A stretch of 64,000 nucleotides of DNA from assembly GCA_002269645.1 (NCBI GenBank), contig NIVC01000566.1, positions 310,001 to 374,000 on the forward strand, in the 5' to 3' direction. The notes beneath the pieces are model-generated. The model had not been told where the DNA came from. It did not search any database and saw only the letters and a list, made by a program, of their open reading frames with translations. Below, in pieces: positions 22,627 through 36,267 of the stretch; position 1 is the first letter of the stretch, and each line of letters begins with the position of its first letter. This stretch comes from Macrostomum lignano. Its lineage: Eukaryota. Made by a program: the position numbers and the translations under genes.

Positions 22627-25600
22627 ATCTACCGCAAATACCGCAAGTGCGACACCGGCCTCAGGCTGAACTTCTCCAAGGAGGCCGGGCGCCGCATGCT
22701 CGCCAAGTATCCGCATCAGTTCGCGCCCTACACCGGCGTCATGGGCTGCGGCCCGGACCTCGGAGCCGAGCCCTACCCCGGCACGCTCATTCGACTGCCG
22801 CTGCGGACTCAGGAGCAGGCCGGCGAGTCGCAGATCTGCCAGAGGGCCTACAGCGAGCAGGAGATGCGCGACCTGCTTGACAAGACGGCTCAGCAAGCCC
22901 GCCACTTGCTGCTGTTCACCCAGTCCGTGTCCAGCTTCCGGCTGCTGCATCTGCGCGATGGCTTGGACGGCTCGCTGCAGACCGACACGCTGCTCAAAGT
23001 GAGTCGCAGCCTAATTAAGTGCTTTCGGCCGTTGCCGGGCACAAGCGAATCAGCGGATCTGCGCTCCCAGACGCGTGTACTGGCCGCTGCGGCCGAATAT
23101 CTGGCGGGTGACAACGGCGGCGCTGTCGATGGAAGTTTCGCTGGGCAGCTGAAGCTGCACATCGACGTGCAGATAAACGAGACGGAAGCGAAGCGGGTTG
23201 GCATCGACACGAACGTCGCTATAACCGCCTCGGACAACTGGCTGGTGAGCGTAGCTCTGGGCTCGGGCGAGTCGCTGAAAATGTCGCGTCAACGCGAGGG
23301 ACTCAGCCTCCCCGTCGCCAGTGTCGCCGTTCGCCTGTCGGCTGGCGGCATCGCGATTGAGCCGGTGAATCGCGGCGTCGCCTTCTGCTTTCTGCCGCTG
23401 CCCATCGAGTCGCCGCTGCTGTTCCACGTAAATGCCGCCTTCGCAGTCACGTCCAGCCGACGCTACCTGGAGGAGGCCACCATGGACGAAGCCGAGGGCC
23501 GCTGGCACCCAGGTCGCTGGAACGCCGCCCTGCTGCGCGAAGCCGCCTGCACCGCGCTGGTGTCTGCGCTCGAGCGACTCACTGCCGAAAACATCACGGG
23601 CGCACCTTCGATCTGGCCGCTGCTAGAGGCCAACAATGGTGTCTGGCATCCTCTGATTGAGGGTTTCTACAGGACTGTCTTCACCGAAAGTGATCGCGCT
23701 CCAAGCATCTTTTACACCTCGGTTGGCTGGCGGCCTCTGGCTCGAGTTGTTTTTCTCGACGAATCGGCGCTGGGTGCCACCGCATTGGGCTTTGAAGCTG
23801 CCAATGTTGTGCACCGTCTGTCCCGATCACTGGTTCCGGCCGGCTCCGGCCTGGCTGAAGGCTTAGCGTCCAGCGTTCAAGCCGCTGCAGTGCGCCTCAA
23901 TCTGCTTGGACACAGACTCTGGTCCGGTGAAGACTTTGTTGCCAATTTTCTGGAACAACTTAACAGTTTGTGGGATTCGTCTGATGATGAGCGACATTTG
24001 TGCTCCGAGTTTCTTAAATTTTTGCTTAAAAATCTGAGTAGGGAAGACATAGCACCACAGGACCCAACAGTTTGGCTCATGTCGGAGGGCATCAGGAGCA
24101 TGCTTAAATCTAGCCACTTCCTGCCTGACCAATCAAATCGGCTTTGCCGAGTAAGCGATCTGCTGAATCCGGACTGCGCTGCAGCTGCTCTGTATTTCCC
24201 AACTGACTCTGTATTTCCTAGAACAGACTTCAAAGAGGACTACAGTCTACGACCTGTCCTAATTTCTCTTGGACTTCAGTCTCAAATTCCATTTGACCAT
24301 GTTCTTGAACGAGCTAATACCGTGTCAGCACTGAGCCGAGGAAATCGCCTGGAGGACGCTTTGAAGAGGGCGCGATCTCTGATGAAGTATCTCGATCTAA
24401 ACCAATCTGAATATCAAGATCGCCTTCGTGAGCTGGCCAGCGTTGAATTTCTTCCAGCCAAGCGGAAGCCCGACGACTGCAGCCTGCACTGGCGCTCGGA
24501 TGACTACCCCGTTACTCAGCTGTTCGCACCGGAAGTTCTATTCCAGTCTAAGCATGAGACATTGGGTTCTCTCTGTCAGTTGGTTCTGGACAGCTGTGTA
24601 CTTTCAAATGCTAATTATTCAGCCCGAGAAGCATTGAATAAAAGCATTGGGGTACAAAAGGAAGTGCCGCGCGAAATGGCTTGGGAACAGCTGCGTAGGG
24701 CGACGCAAACATTTAGCATCGATAGTCGTCCTGTTTGCCTGGATGTGTATGAACATTTCTCTAAGCTTCTAATCAAAAATCCTAAACTGGCCGATGAGAT
24801 AAAGCTTGAATTCGAAGGTCTCGGCTCACCAGCAATAGTGTACTCGGATACTGGCTACTTAAAACCACACCAGGTGTCTCTGAGTTTGAAAGATAGAGAA
24901 TGTCCGCCTTACCTGTATCGGCTGCCGTCTGACCTTAGAGGGGGCTATTTTAGTCATGAAAAGTGTCTGCCGTTTCTTAAAGCGATTGGCGTTCTCGAAA
25001 AATTTGACTGCACCACCTACTGCAGAGTGCTTGAAGAAATACACGAGAACAAAAGTGGATCCGCTCTGACGGATAGTGAGAGAAAGAGTTGCATTGAGCT
25101 GCTAACGCGGCTGAGTGAGCTTAGCGAGCTGCCCGAGCCATCTGAAATTTTCGCTCCAGATCATGAAGGCTTCCTAGTCCGATGCTCGCACCTTTGTTTT
25201 GGCAGCGTGAAGTGGCTCAGCAAAGTCGATAAGCTGCGCTTCGCTCACAAAGACTTGGCGTACGGCGTTTGTGAGAAGTTGCGAATCCCTGATCAGAGAG
25301 TTCAAACTCTGAAAAAACATCACGTGCCGCTGCCGTTCGGCCAAAAAGAAGAGCTCACTACTCGACTCAAAGGAATTCTTCAAGGCTATCCTCTGGGCAT
25401 CGAGATCTTCAAGGAGCTCGTTCAGAACGCGGACGACGCCGGTGCTACTAGGCTGCACTTCATCAACGATCGTCGCAATCTCGGAACAGAGAAGGTGCTG
25501 AGCGACGAGTGGAAGGCGCTACAGGGACCGGCGCTTGTAGTTGTCAATGACACGACGTTCAATGATGAAGACATCGAAGGAATTCAGAAGCTTGGTGTCG

Positions 25601-28600
25601 GATCCAAAGGAAGCCAGCCCTGGAAAACGGGGCAGTACGGCATAGGGTTCAATTGTGTCTATCACGTGACGGATGTGCCGATGTTTCTCTCTGATAATCG
25701 GGTCCTGTGCGTGATGGACCCCCACTGCAGGCACATGCCGCATGCCAACACAGAAAGTCCAGGCGGAATGTACAAAGATAAAGGACTTGACGAAGTGAGG
25801 GACGATTTTCGTGACGTTTTGATGGATTCAAAATCAGCAATGAGACCACGACCGGCTCCACTGTCTTTAGACTGCCTCTCAGAACTTTGGAAACGGCGCG
25901 CCTGTCTGAGATTTTCCCGGCTTCAAAACCTTTGAATTCTGATGATATCTACAAACTATTTAAAAAGTTTGCTGAAGATTTGGCGGAAATCTTACTGTTT
26001 CTGAGCAGCGTCAAGACTATTCAACTCTCTGAACTGGGCACTGATGGCAAGCTGACCAAAGTTTTTGAAACAAGCTCGACTATATCGGACCCATCGGCCT
26101 GCATTCGATTCAGAGGCGAGTGTCAGAAAATCGGCAGGCAGCTGGTTCAGAAAGATTTTGACCCGAAGCTCTTGCATTCGTGCACGCAGGAAGTGTATGA
26201 GGCTACGATCTCTACCCATAACAGCTTCTCACAAAAACCTGACTCCACCAGCAGTAAGTGGATTGTAGCCCAGCAACTCGGGTTGCCAGCTGACTCAGCG
26301 AGCGTCATTCCCAGCAAAGACCAGAGCAAGCTTGGCTATGCTGTTTCCAATGGCGAGTGGAAGGCACTTCCGAAGGTAGGAGTGGCAGCGCGACTTGATC
26401 AGAGCAAAAAGTTCCACCGAGAACACCGCGTGTTCAACCTGCTGCCGCTTCCCCTGACGACCGATCTGCCTGTTCACATCAACGGCCACTTTGCCCTTGA
26501 CCCGTCTCGCCGCAGCCTGTGGGAGGCTCATTCTAGCGATGCCTCTGCCGAATGGAACAATCTGCTAGTGAGCACTGCTCTTCCTGTGTGCTACGCAACT
26601 CTTCTGGAGGCGGCGACGCAGCGTCTACCTCTTGAAGATCCAATCGAAAGTGATGGTAATTCATCACCCTTTGAACATTATTACCGTTTGTTTCCAGAGG
26701 CAAAGGATGAGAAACCCGGCAAGTCCCACTGGAACACAATGGCGATTGAATTCTACAAAGAAGTGTTTAAAAACCGGCGCGAAGTCTTTTCAGTCGTTGA
26801 CCTGACTAATCAGAGCATGATTAGCTGGCTCCCTCTTGCTCAAAGCCCTCAGTCAGTAGATGGGAAGTCCGCCTTTCTGCAAGAGGATTTGTCTGAAGAT
26901 GTGTCGGAAGTTTTGCAACGTCTGGGCCTGCCTCTCATCGTCAGAGGGCGTCGTTTTACTGACTGCATGAAAAGCAGCGGGCTGAGCTATGTACCCAATG
27001 CGAATCCCGACAATATAATCAACTACTTGAAGGGAGTCCGCTGCTCGGCGTTGCGCGACTCTCTTCCAATTCAGGTCGAGCTGACTCCATTTGCCGGAGT
27101 ACCGGGAGTCGAGACTTTGATGCACTACTTGCTCACAAATCTGCCTCTTGAGGATCAAACCGACACTAAAGACTCTGAAAGGGACTCTGCTGAGATTCGG
27201 CGTATGGCCTCGCTAATCAGCACACCATTGAATCTTAATGCTGATGGAATGCTTCGAATTTTCAGAACGGAGAATCTTTCATTTCTCACAGAATACGTGC
27301 GACTGATACCAGCCAAATCTACCGACTTGCTTTCGCAGTTCTGCCACAAAAAGATTCAAGAGGTTTTTAAGCCCCCGCCACCGCCACCTTCAACCTCGCT
27401 TCCCGTCAGATATTTTTCAAGCCCCAACCGCTGTCCCAGTGCTCACAAATCCGGCCTGTACCGCAAATTCAGCATTGCTGAGTTCCGCCGTTGTCTTGGC
27501 AACTTCTTGCCTGCCTGCGGCTCTCCAAACGTCCCGTGCATTCCGCTAGCTAGATTTGAGACTCAGTTGAGGGGCTTGAAATTTGCAGACTGGATTCGAG
27601 ACGTCTGGAAATTTCTCTCAGAGGAGTACGAGATTGTACGCAAAACGTATGATAGTGCTGCTGCGGAATATTATAAAGTTAACCGCAGGCGTTATCCTCA
27701 GAAACCACCTGAAATCAAAGATGTTCTAGCTCCTGTGTCCGACGCAGCCCTTGTGCCAGCCAGCTTTGAGTGGGAGAAACGCATTTTGAGCTGCGATTTC
27801 TTGTTTAAAGTATCGCATGCAGCTTCAGTGTACCACAAGTCTACACTTAGACCGCAAGATTTGGAAAAGGAAATCGAAGAGGCTCTTTGTCAGCTAAAGG
27901 CTCCAGTTTTAACAATCCATGACAATAAATTGATCAAACTAGTAGGGAAATTGGAGGAGCCCAACTCAATGCTTGCTGTGCTCCAATACGCACTTAACGA
28001 AAATCCTCACAAACCGCGCCATTGCCTTCTGCTGACATGGCAAACAGCTTCGCCTGCTTTGTTCAGCAACATCCAGGCGAAATGGAGCAGGTGATTGGCG
28101 GCAGAGACTTGATCAGTCAGCTGCAGCGTTTACCGATTTTTGTAACTCTCAGTGGCGAGTGCGTTGCGCTGAAGAACTTAAGCCCCAGAATTCTACCGGC
28201 CGACTTGGTGTTTGAGGAGATGCACCTGTGGAGCCGAGCAGCCCAGTTCGTCTTCTTAAGAAAAAACTTTGACCTGGAGAGATTACATCGCCTAATGGGA
28301 TGCGAGAAGGTGAGCAAATTTGCAGCTTATGCTGAATTTATCCTACCCGCGTTCGACAATTTCTCAGACCATACAAAACAAGCTCACCTTTGGAAACTTG
28401 AGTTTCTGGCTTTTGATTTTCAAAGCTTGCGCCGTCGCAATCCTAGTGAAAGTCGCTCGTTTGAGGACTCGCTGAAAAACGCTAGAATTGTTCCGTTTCA
28501 GCAGTCCTGGTGCAGAGCCAGCAACTTTTTCGACCATCGTGTGGACATTTTTAGAGAACTCTGTCCGTCCGAAAAGTTCCTTCCACGCCTATTTCAGCAA

Positions 28601-31404
28601 GATGACATGCTCACACTGATGAAGCTGGCAGGACTGGTAACTGAGTGCTCACCCGATATGGTGTTGTGGTTCGCTAACGATAGTGCCAATCTGCTACTCG
28701 ACTTGGCTCGAAACAAATCGGAGACTCTACTGAAGTTTGTAGCTAGCCAAAGCTTCGAGCAGCATCGCACAGAAGCATTCCTGTCTCAACTTGCCAGAAT
28801 ATCATTCATTGTGCCGGATGTGAAGCCTGAGCTGCAACAGCTGTGCGACAAGGGCTATGTACAGTTTTCTTCACTTGAAAATTGTGTAATCCCGGAGAAC
28901 GTGTACATCTGTTGGACAGTGCTTCCTGTGGCTCCCGCTTTCATCGAAGAACTGGGTTGCTTCAGAAAGTACCTGCAGGAGAAGCCCCAGATGGACAAGT
29001 TTTTCTCGCATTTGAAGAACCTGATCGGATCCCGTCAGTTCGGCAAGGCTGGTCTGGCGGACAGTTTTAAGCAAGTCAGAGGCAAGGTGATGAACAAAGT
29101 TTACTCATTCATGAGTTCACTCGATCAGGCAGCTTCGGAGCGCTACCTGAATGCTCTAAGAGATTCACCGTGCATTCTCGTCGACAACGGTTCGAGATTT
29201 GCTCAGCCAAGCCAAGTCACTCTGACCGAAAGGGATGAATCCCACCGTTTCTCTTTGCCTGCCCTTCTGGCTTCTTGCAGTACAGCGAGCTTTTTCTAAA
29301 ACTCGGAGTAACACGGCAGCCGAGCATTGAGCAGGCTGCGATGGTGCTGCAGCTAATCAAGAGCGCTGCCAAGGATGATTCATTGCCGGTGGCCCTGTTG
29401 GAACCGACAGAAAAATGCATTTGCCTGTTGCTATCGCTTCTCCATCAGCAGGGTGCATTTCCAACCGGCATTCGCCTGTGCCTGCCCACCTCAGTCAGTA
29501 CGGAGGAGCAGACCAACAAGAGCTACAAGTTGGTCGAGGCTAGCCAGGTGGTGATCAATGACAGAGTGGCTTATTTCGAACGTTTGGGGGGTGCAACGCT
29601 GTCCAGAATTCAGTTCCTGGATCTGGAATTCTGCGGAATCAGCGCAGATCAGCAGCGAACTCTCGAACGCCACCTGAACAAAGATCTCGTGGTTCCAAGG
29701 CTGTCGGAACTCGTTAAAGAACAACTGGTGCCCGATGAGTGTCCTGAGTGCTCCGCTGGCGAGGCTGGTTGCCAGGTGTGCACTGAATTTTCGAAGAAGC
29801 TTAGCAGCTCAGATTTTCGCAGCGGACTCGCAAGCGTTATCGTTTCCGATTCGACGGAAACAAAAATTGAGAGCACATTCAAATCGGTCAATGGAATATT
29901 TGAAGACTTTCGCATTGCTTGCAAGCAGAAATTGGTTACTGTGCTGGTTATGAATGGCACTGAGATCGACGCATCCAAGAGGCGAAGGAAGTTTTTGCTT
30001 AAAGACGGCGCGATCTACATGAACCATGTCGACCGCCCGCCAGAGGGCGATGATCGGAACTTTTGGCTCAAGGAACTGATGGGAGCTGTGCACGGTCTGT
30101 TGGAGCCAAGCTTCAGCCTCACCTCACAACAAACATCAAGGCTGCAGTTCATGATAATGTTTGAAGATTTCAGAAATATTCGCCAGATGCTGCAAGAGGA
30201 AAACATTCGCCTTTATGGTCTGAGCGATGACTTGAAGGACATGTGGCATGGAGTTGAGCTGGGAAGTCCGGTAAGTCCGATGGACGCATTGAAACTCGAG
30301 CCGTTGGGCTTGACGCACCTGCAGCCAGACGACCTGGTAGCGTTTGCGGATCCCGAGGCCGGAGGGTCGCTGATCTACGCCCGAATCGTCGAGTCACATG
30401 GCTCAGTCGATCCCAAAAGCGATGAAGGCAAGTCTGACACCGGCGAGTGGAGCCTCGAGTTCACCGTCGACTGCGGTCGTCAGCGCGGCCGAAAAGTGCG
30501 GGCGCCGGCGGCACTGCTGCAAGCTTTTGCAAAGATCGAGAATGAATTGGAGTTGCATGAGAACAATAGCGGCTGGGAACTCAGGATGGAGCAGCAGATT
30601 CACAAAGCGGCTCGCTTATCCGATAACTTCGAACGGAAAGCCGCCACACAACGGATTCTCGACGCCTGCGATTCAAACCGCTTCGACGAGGATCCCGAGC
30701 AGCCGGATCCCGAAGCGATTCGGCGGGTGCGGAGTCTCGCTCAAGAGCAGCTAGGGGGCAGTCTCTCTAACGGCGACTGGGAGATGATGAGCAGAAATGC
30801 TGCCAGGGCTGCTCGAAGGTATCGATCGGCGCGAGCTGAAAGTCGCATGAATGGCGACTTTGGCTTCGGTGGCGGCGGCGGCGGCGGCGGTGGCGGCGGT
30901 GGCGGTTTGGGTGGCGCCTTTTGCGGGGCCTTTAACAGCGCCAGGACGGGTGGCGGCGGTGGCGGCAGTTTTGGCGGACCTGGGTGCATTCCTCCGTCGC
31001 TGGGTGAGGCGCAGCGCTATCTACAGACGGCCCAAGGTGACGCAGAGGCGGCCGTGGCCACTGCGACTGGAGCGGGCGCTGAACGAGCCTGCTGGGCCTG
31101 CTACCAGAGCTGGCAGGCCGCCGAGAAGGCGATGAAAGCCGTCGTGCTTGCCGAGAATCGACCGGCTGAGCGGAGTCACAACCTTATGAGCCACCTGCTT
31201 CTGGTTGGCGATGAGGAGCTGCGAGACCAGCTGGAGCCGCTGGTGCACGACCTGCTGGCTGTACTTCACCGGGACCCGCGCTATCCGCGTGGTGGCGCCA
31301 CGCCTTACGACGCGTTCCGCGCCGAGCACGCGCGACAGGCCAGCGAGGCGGCGGCCGGCATTCTGCGACTGGTGGAGGCGGCCGTGAGCGATGCCACCGT
31401 TTGA
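22627..31404 (+). CDS. SACS: Sacsin-like copy B, exon 3 (three 1-nt deletions split it into ORFs 22696-25935, 25887-28094, 28022-29299, 29275-31404); about 3080 aa in total if corrected
   Basis: Acceptor cgtcag|atc is in frame with the ATG at 22696; collinear with copy A at an offset of about 22.69 kb. Single bases are missing at about 25820, 28022 and 29238 relative to copy A. The HEPN end is intact (HRDPRYP...SDATV*). Confidence 0.88.
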
Positions 31405-33750
31405 AGACCTGGCGTTGGCTGCAGCTGATTGGGTCTGTTTGGTTTCATTGATGCCAAGAGACCAAGAGTAAGCTGAGCATGAGTTGAGTGTCCTTTATGC
31501 AGAGGCGGGCAAGTTGGAGCTGGTAAATTTAGCAGAAGATTCGAGGCGATTACACTTTCAATCTAAGAAATAGCTGATGAATTTAGACCAGATGATAAAG
31601 TTTACCAGATACTAGCGACTAGAACTCTGGACCGACAAACCCATGAGAAACGTTTGCCTGCCTCAGCGGTTGAAGCGTAGGTGCAGTCAGCTTCCAGTAA
31701 TCAAGTAATCAATAATTCTACGTCGTGTTTTTATTCCGTTGGGAAAATGATGCATTGTCTATTCAATTGTCTATTTAAAAAAAATGTCTGCTTAATCAAG
31801 CCTTTAACTTAATTTAAGGTTTTTTTTTTCCTAGTTTGTATTGGTTTCATGTCTAGTTTATTAAATTAACGCCTAATCAATCCAGTCACATTTAAATGGA
31901 CTGGTAAACCTAGAAATTGCATGCTCTTAATTATCTGCAAGGTTGGGAGAAAATTGGGCCAAAGCCAATTGCCTAACATCTTATAAGAACGATTCCAAAA
32001 TAAGCCACGTGTCAGTGATGTTCACCCAAATGATGTTCATCAAATTCAAAGTGTCTTTTGGAAGAAAAAGATCCCCTCTCCTCCCTCCATCATTTCTCCT
32101 ATCCCGAGCCTCTTCTGTCTTCTCTTTCATCTCTCCCCTCTCCTCCCTCCCCTTTTCCCTTTCTCTCTCTTCCACTCTCTCCCTCTACTCCTCCACGTTC
32201 TCCCCTTTCTCCACTCTCCTCTCCGCTTATCTTCTATCTCTTCTTTTATCTCATCCCATCTATCTTCTCTCATTTCTCATCTTTCATTCCCTCTCATTTC
32301 CACTCTTATCAGACCCGGAGTCATGAATTGGATTCTTTTTCTGCCCTTGAGGTAAAAAAGTTTGCCGAGCTAGGTTCGATCAGAGACTCCGGGAACGCCA
32401 TCGCACGACCTACCGGTATCACTATCACCCCCTCTGCACTAATATTGTCATGGACAGCTTCTCTCAAAAAACTGAATTTTTTCTCTATTTGTCGATTTTA
32501 TTACCAAGCTAAAGTGTTATCACTTATCAACATGGTAGAAGTGCCAAGTTCCCATATTTGATAAATTTTATTACATCTGCTTAGTTTTTGCCAGAAGAGA
32601 CCCCAGCACACGAAACTCAAGGACACGGTGGAACTCTTTGTTGCAAACCTTCTGAAACAAGAATTACTGAAGTAAGTCACTGTCCCTTAAGACCAGACGA
32701 GAAATTGATTCGAAATAAGAGAGTTGGTGTTCCTAATTACTAAATATTATTTTTATCATATTCGTGACATGTTCCTCATTGGTTTTGCTGATGTCTTGCA
32801 TACTTAATCGGCTTAGTTTCTATAGAATGCGCTCGTTCTTAAACAGTGTAATTAGTTTGAATCCTTTTACTTAGACTTCGGCAGACTTCTTTAATATTTT
32901 ACTTAAAAGGCAATAAAAGCTACATGATAATTTCATCTCCTTACTTAAAAATTTATTCAGTTCGATTTTTACTCTCCTAATACTGTAGGTGTTTACGACG
33001 TTTTAAAATACTGCTCTGTCTATTTTATTCAAAAATACACCTTTCGACGTGAATTAACTCAAACTGTGTTTTGCCTTTGTCCTTACTATTAATAAGTTTC
33101 GTTTGAATGTGACTTAAGATTTAGGAATTTATTAAAAAATATTGGAAGTTCCTGGGATTATATTACCGCCGGTTTCAACAGCTTGTAAATTATATTTTGC
33201 AACGCACAAGCTGCAAATCTGTTGGTTTTCGTGTGTCAACTGCAGTCGGATGGACCGATAAGAAAGTTCTTTTCGACTTAATAAAAAAATTGGGGTCTTA
33301 CGGCAATTGACTGCCACAATCTGACCACCATAATTTGACTGCGGACAATATGGCTGCGGCAATTTGACTGCCGACAATATGGCTGCGGCAAATTGACTGC
33401 CGACAATATGGCTGCGGCAATCTGACTGCCGACAATATGACTGCGGCAATTTGACTGCCGACAATATGACTGCGGCAATTTGACTGGCTCAAGTGCTACA
33501 TGTACATCCTTTTTATATATGAATTGATCGTATTTATGCAGGACTAACAATTCGCTCTTTACGAGTGAAGATGCAAGCTATGAATACATTTGCCTTTCAG
33601 CAATACATGCATGTATATGTTATGACGAATGTCACATCTATACGTAGCTGCGTTCTGTTGAGCTGAGTGCTCTTTATAAAGCTAGCTTAGCATTACCTTT
33701 AGCTTTGACTTTTAGTCTATTAGGCTATTAATAGATTTTATAGTACGAGT

Positions 33751-34451
33751 CAAGGACGACTCAAGTAGAAGGACGGGAAACCTCGTTTCTTAGAAAATTT
33801 TAGAAGGCCGGTTTTCCCGAAAAATTACACTAGCTACGGAGATAGGAAGTTTTCATTTTTTTCAGCACAAAATTGTTATTGCTTTTGATAGGAGGCAGAT
33901 CCAGTGTTCATCTTTTGATATATTGTGCCTTTCTTATTGCTCTATCGATATTCATAAAGCTTTTCGTTCAAAGAAGTAGGATTCTATGTTAATTTTTTAT
34001 TCTACGTACATTTCCTGTACCTAAAAATAATAAAAATGCATTGCACAGCTCGAAATCTTTGGTTTTATGAATCCATTTTATCATTTGTGCTACGCATATT
34101 TGTTAAAGTCAGCTAAGAATTATAAAATAGACGCATAAAACCAATGAGCCGAGCCGTGCTATTCTAATGGTTTTTAGACACAATACATGCGCAAATGTAC
34201 GTAGAATAAAAAAGTAACATAGAATCCTAATTTTTTAAATGGAGAGCTTTACGAATATTGATAGAGCAGTAAGAAAGGCACAATATATCAAAAGATGAAC
34301 ACTGGATCTGCCTCCTATCAAAAGCAATATCAATTTTTGTGCTGAAAAAATGAAAACTTCCTATCTCCGTAGTGTACTTTTTCGGAAAAACCGGCCTTCA
34401 CAAATTTTCCAAGAAAAGAGGTTTCCCGTCCTTCTACTTGAGTCGTCCTTG
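33751..34451. mobile_element. P-superfamily-like MITE with about 270-bp TIRs
   Basis: TIR caaggacgactcaagtagaaggacgggaaacc / ggtttcccgtccttctacttgagtcgtccttg; 8-bp TSD gtacgagt (33743-33750) / gtacgagc (34452-34459); empty site gaacgcgt at 12115-12122 in the copy A flank. Confidence 0.8.
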
Positions 34452-34659
34452 GTACGAGCCTGTGGAATTTCTTTTAAATCTGGAAGATTCAATTGGATTA
34501 AAATATATGAGATTAATATGACATAGGAGAAAGAAGGAACCTTGAAATATTGAAATCTTGTGCATGTCGATTCAAAAAGTCAGCAAGCAATTTTTATAGG
34601 AGAGTAAAAAAACATGCTAAAATTGCAGAAATAAGCGTTTATTAGTAAGTTCCGTTCAA

Positions 34660-35700
34660 CTTTGTTATTCGTATCTCTCTGTCTCCTTCGCTCCTTTCTG
34701 ATTGGCTGTTCGATCTCGCCTCATTCGATCCTTAGTCGCGCATTCCACCCCTCCTTTTCTTACTTGCAATTAACCCCTTCTGTCTGTCTGCTTTGTTTTC
34801 AACTCTAATTTAATACAAAGTACATGTAGATGTAGTTCACTTTTTTACAGAAACATCGATCCGTTTTCAACCCCTGATGTTTTCTCTGGTCTGCCCCTGT
34901 TTTCGGCCTCGGTTCCTCCATTATTTTATTACCTCCGATTGGCTCATCCAACCCCCTTCGTTTAATATCGAACTGCGAGGGTCTGCGCCCTTCGCGTGTG
35001 CTTTTGCTCCCTGTTAAGTGGGATCTCTGCTTTTCTCAAAACTATACCGAAACTATACCTATACCAGTACAGAGTCGGTCTGTACTCTGGTTGTCTCGTC
35101 GGGCGTGGCGTTCTGGTTCTTTGGGGTCTGGGCAGCGGCGCACTGTCAGATCCGCTGCGACTCGCATCGAATTGCTAAAGCTGAGCTTCATTTATCTGCT
35201 TCAATTGTCTTCTTTCACTCAGCCAGTCTCTTCGGCTATTACTCATCTGCTGCTACTTATTCATATATTCGCTGGTTTTGAGCTTGGAACTCCGCTAGCA
35301 CTGAGTCTGTTGCTCCTTCCTTTTGTGCTCATGCTGTTGGCTACTTGCTTGTCGTCCAAATGTCGTCGGAAGTCAGAAAGCGAGCACCGATATGAGCAGC
35401 AGTCACTCCAGCTACATGTGCAGTGCTAAAGCCGAGAAGCTGTTGTCAAGTCTTTGGCTTAATGCGGAATCTGAAGAAGAGGCCTGTTCAGACTTGCTCA
35501 GGGAGAAGTTCAGCTCCTTGGAAAGTGCAGATGAACTCGTGCAGGAAGTGTTACGCTCGTAGAGGATAAGATAAAAGCTCAGCAGACGGAGAGCTGCACT
35601 GTCACTGTAAATACGAGCGTACTGTCACACTGAGAGAACACTGCCTGCCGCTTTGCACTTCTTATGCTCTCGAAGGCCGACTTCACTTCTATGGAGGACT
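34660..35700. repeat. About 1-kb segment duplicated at 40230-41410 (extended shared flank of copies B and C; possible decayed retroelement 5' region)
   Basis: Shared blocks such as ccttagtcgcgcattcca and gtgtgcttttgctccctgtta, and ORF remnants MSSSHSSYMC.AKAEKLLS..WLNAE.EEEACSDLLREK in both. Confidence 0.7.
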
Positions 35701-35709
35701 TGCTTTTTA

Positions 35710-36217
35710 GTGCTGATATTCATAAAGCTTTTCGTTCAGAAAATTATAGTATTCTGTTAATTTTTTATCCTACGTATTCAATACAATCACATATATATCC
35801 TGTGCCTAAAAACCATTAAAAATGGCGCGGCTCAGCTCATTGGTTTTATGAATCTACTCGTATCTTGTCATTCTTAGCTGACTGTGTAACAATATGTGTG
35901 ACAGAGATGATAAAATAGATTCATAAAACCAAAGATTCGAGATGTGCCATGCTTTTTTATGATTTTTATGTACAGGAAATGTACTTAAATTAAAAAATCA
36001 ATACTAATTTTTTGAAAAGAAAGCTTTATGAAGATAAATAGAGCTATGCGAATGGCATAGCATATCAAAAGATGAACATTGGGTCTTGCCTCCTATCGAA
36101 AGAAATAACAAGAAAATGAAAACTCCCTAAACACCATAGTGAATTTTTCGGCGAAAAGTGGCCTTCGAAACATTTTTTTTTGATTTCGAGTGTTGCGTCC
36201 TACTTTAGTAGTCTTTG
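35710..36217. mobile_element. Older, left-truncated relative of the 33751 MITE in inverted orientation
   Basis: gatattcataaagcttttcgttca and catatcaaaagatgaaca blocks are shared; the internal part is the reverse complement of 34020-34170; degenerate right TIR ...gtagtctttg. Confidence 0.65.
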
Positions 36218-36267
36218 TGCACGTACATGATTACGCATCTTAAATATCCTTACCATTCTGACAAGAG

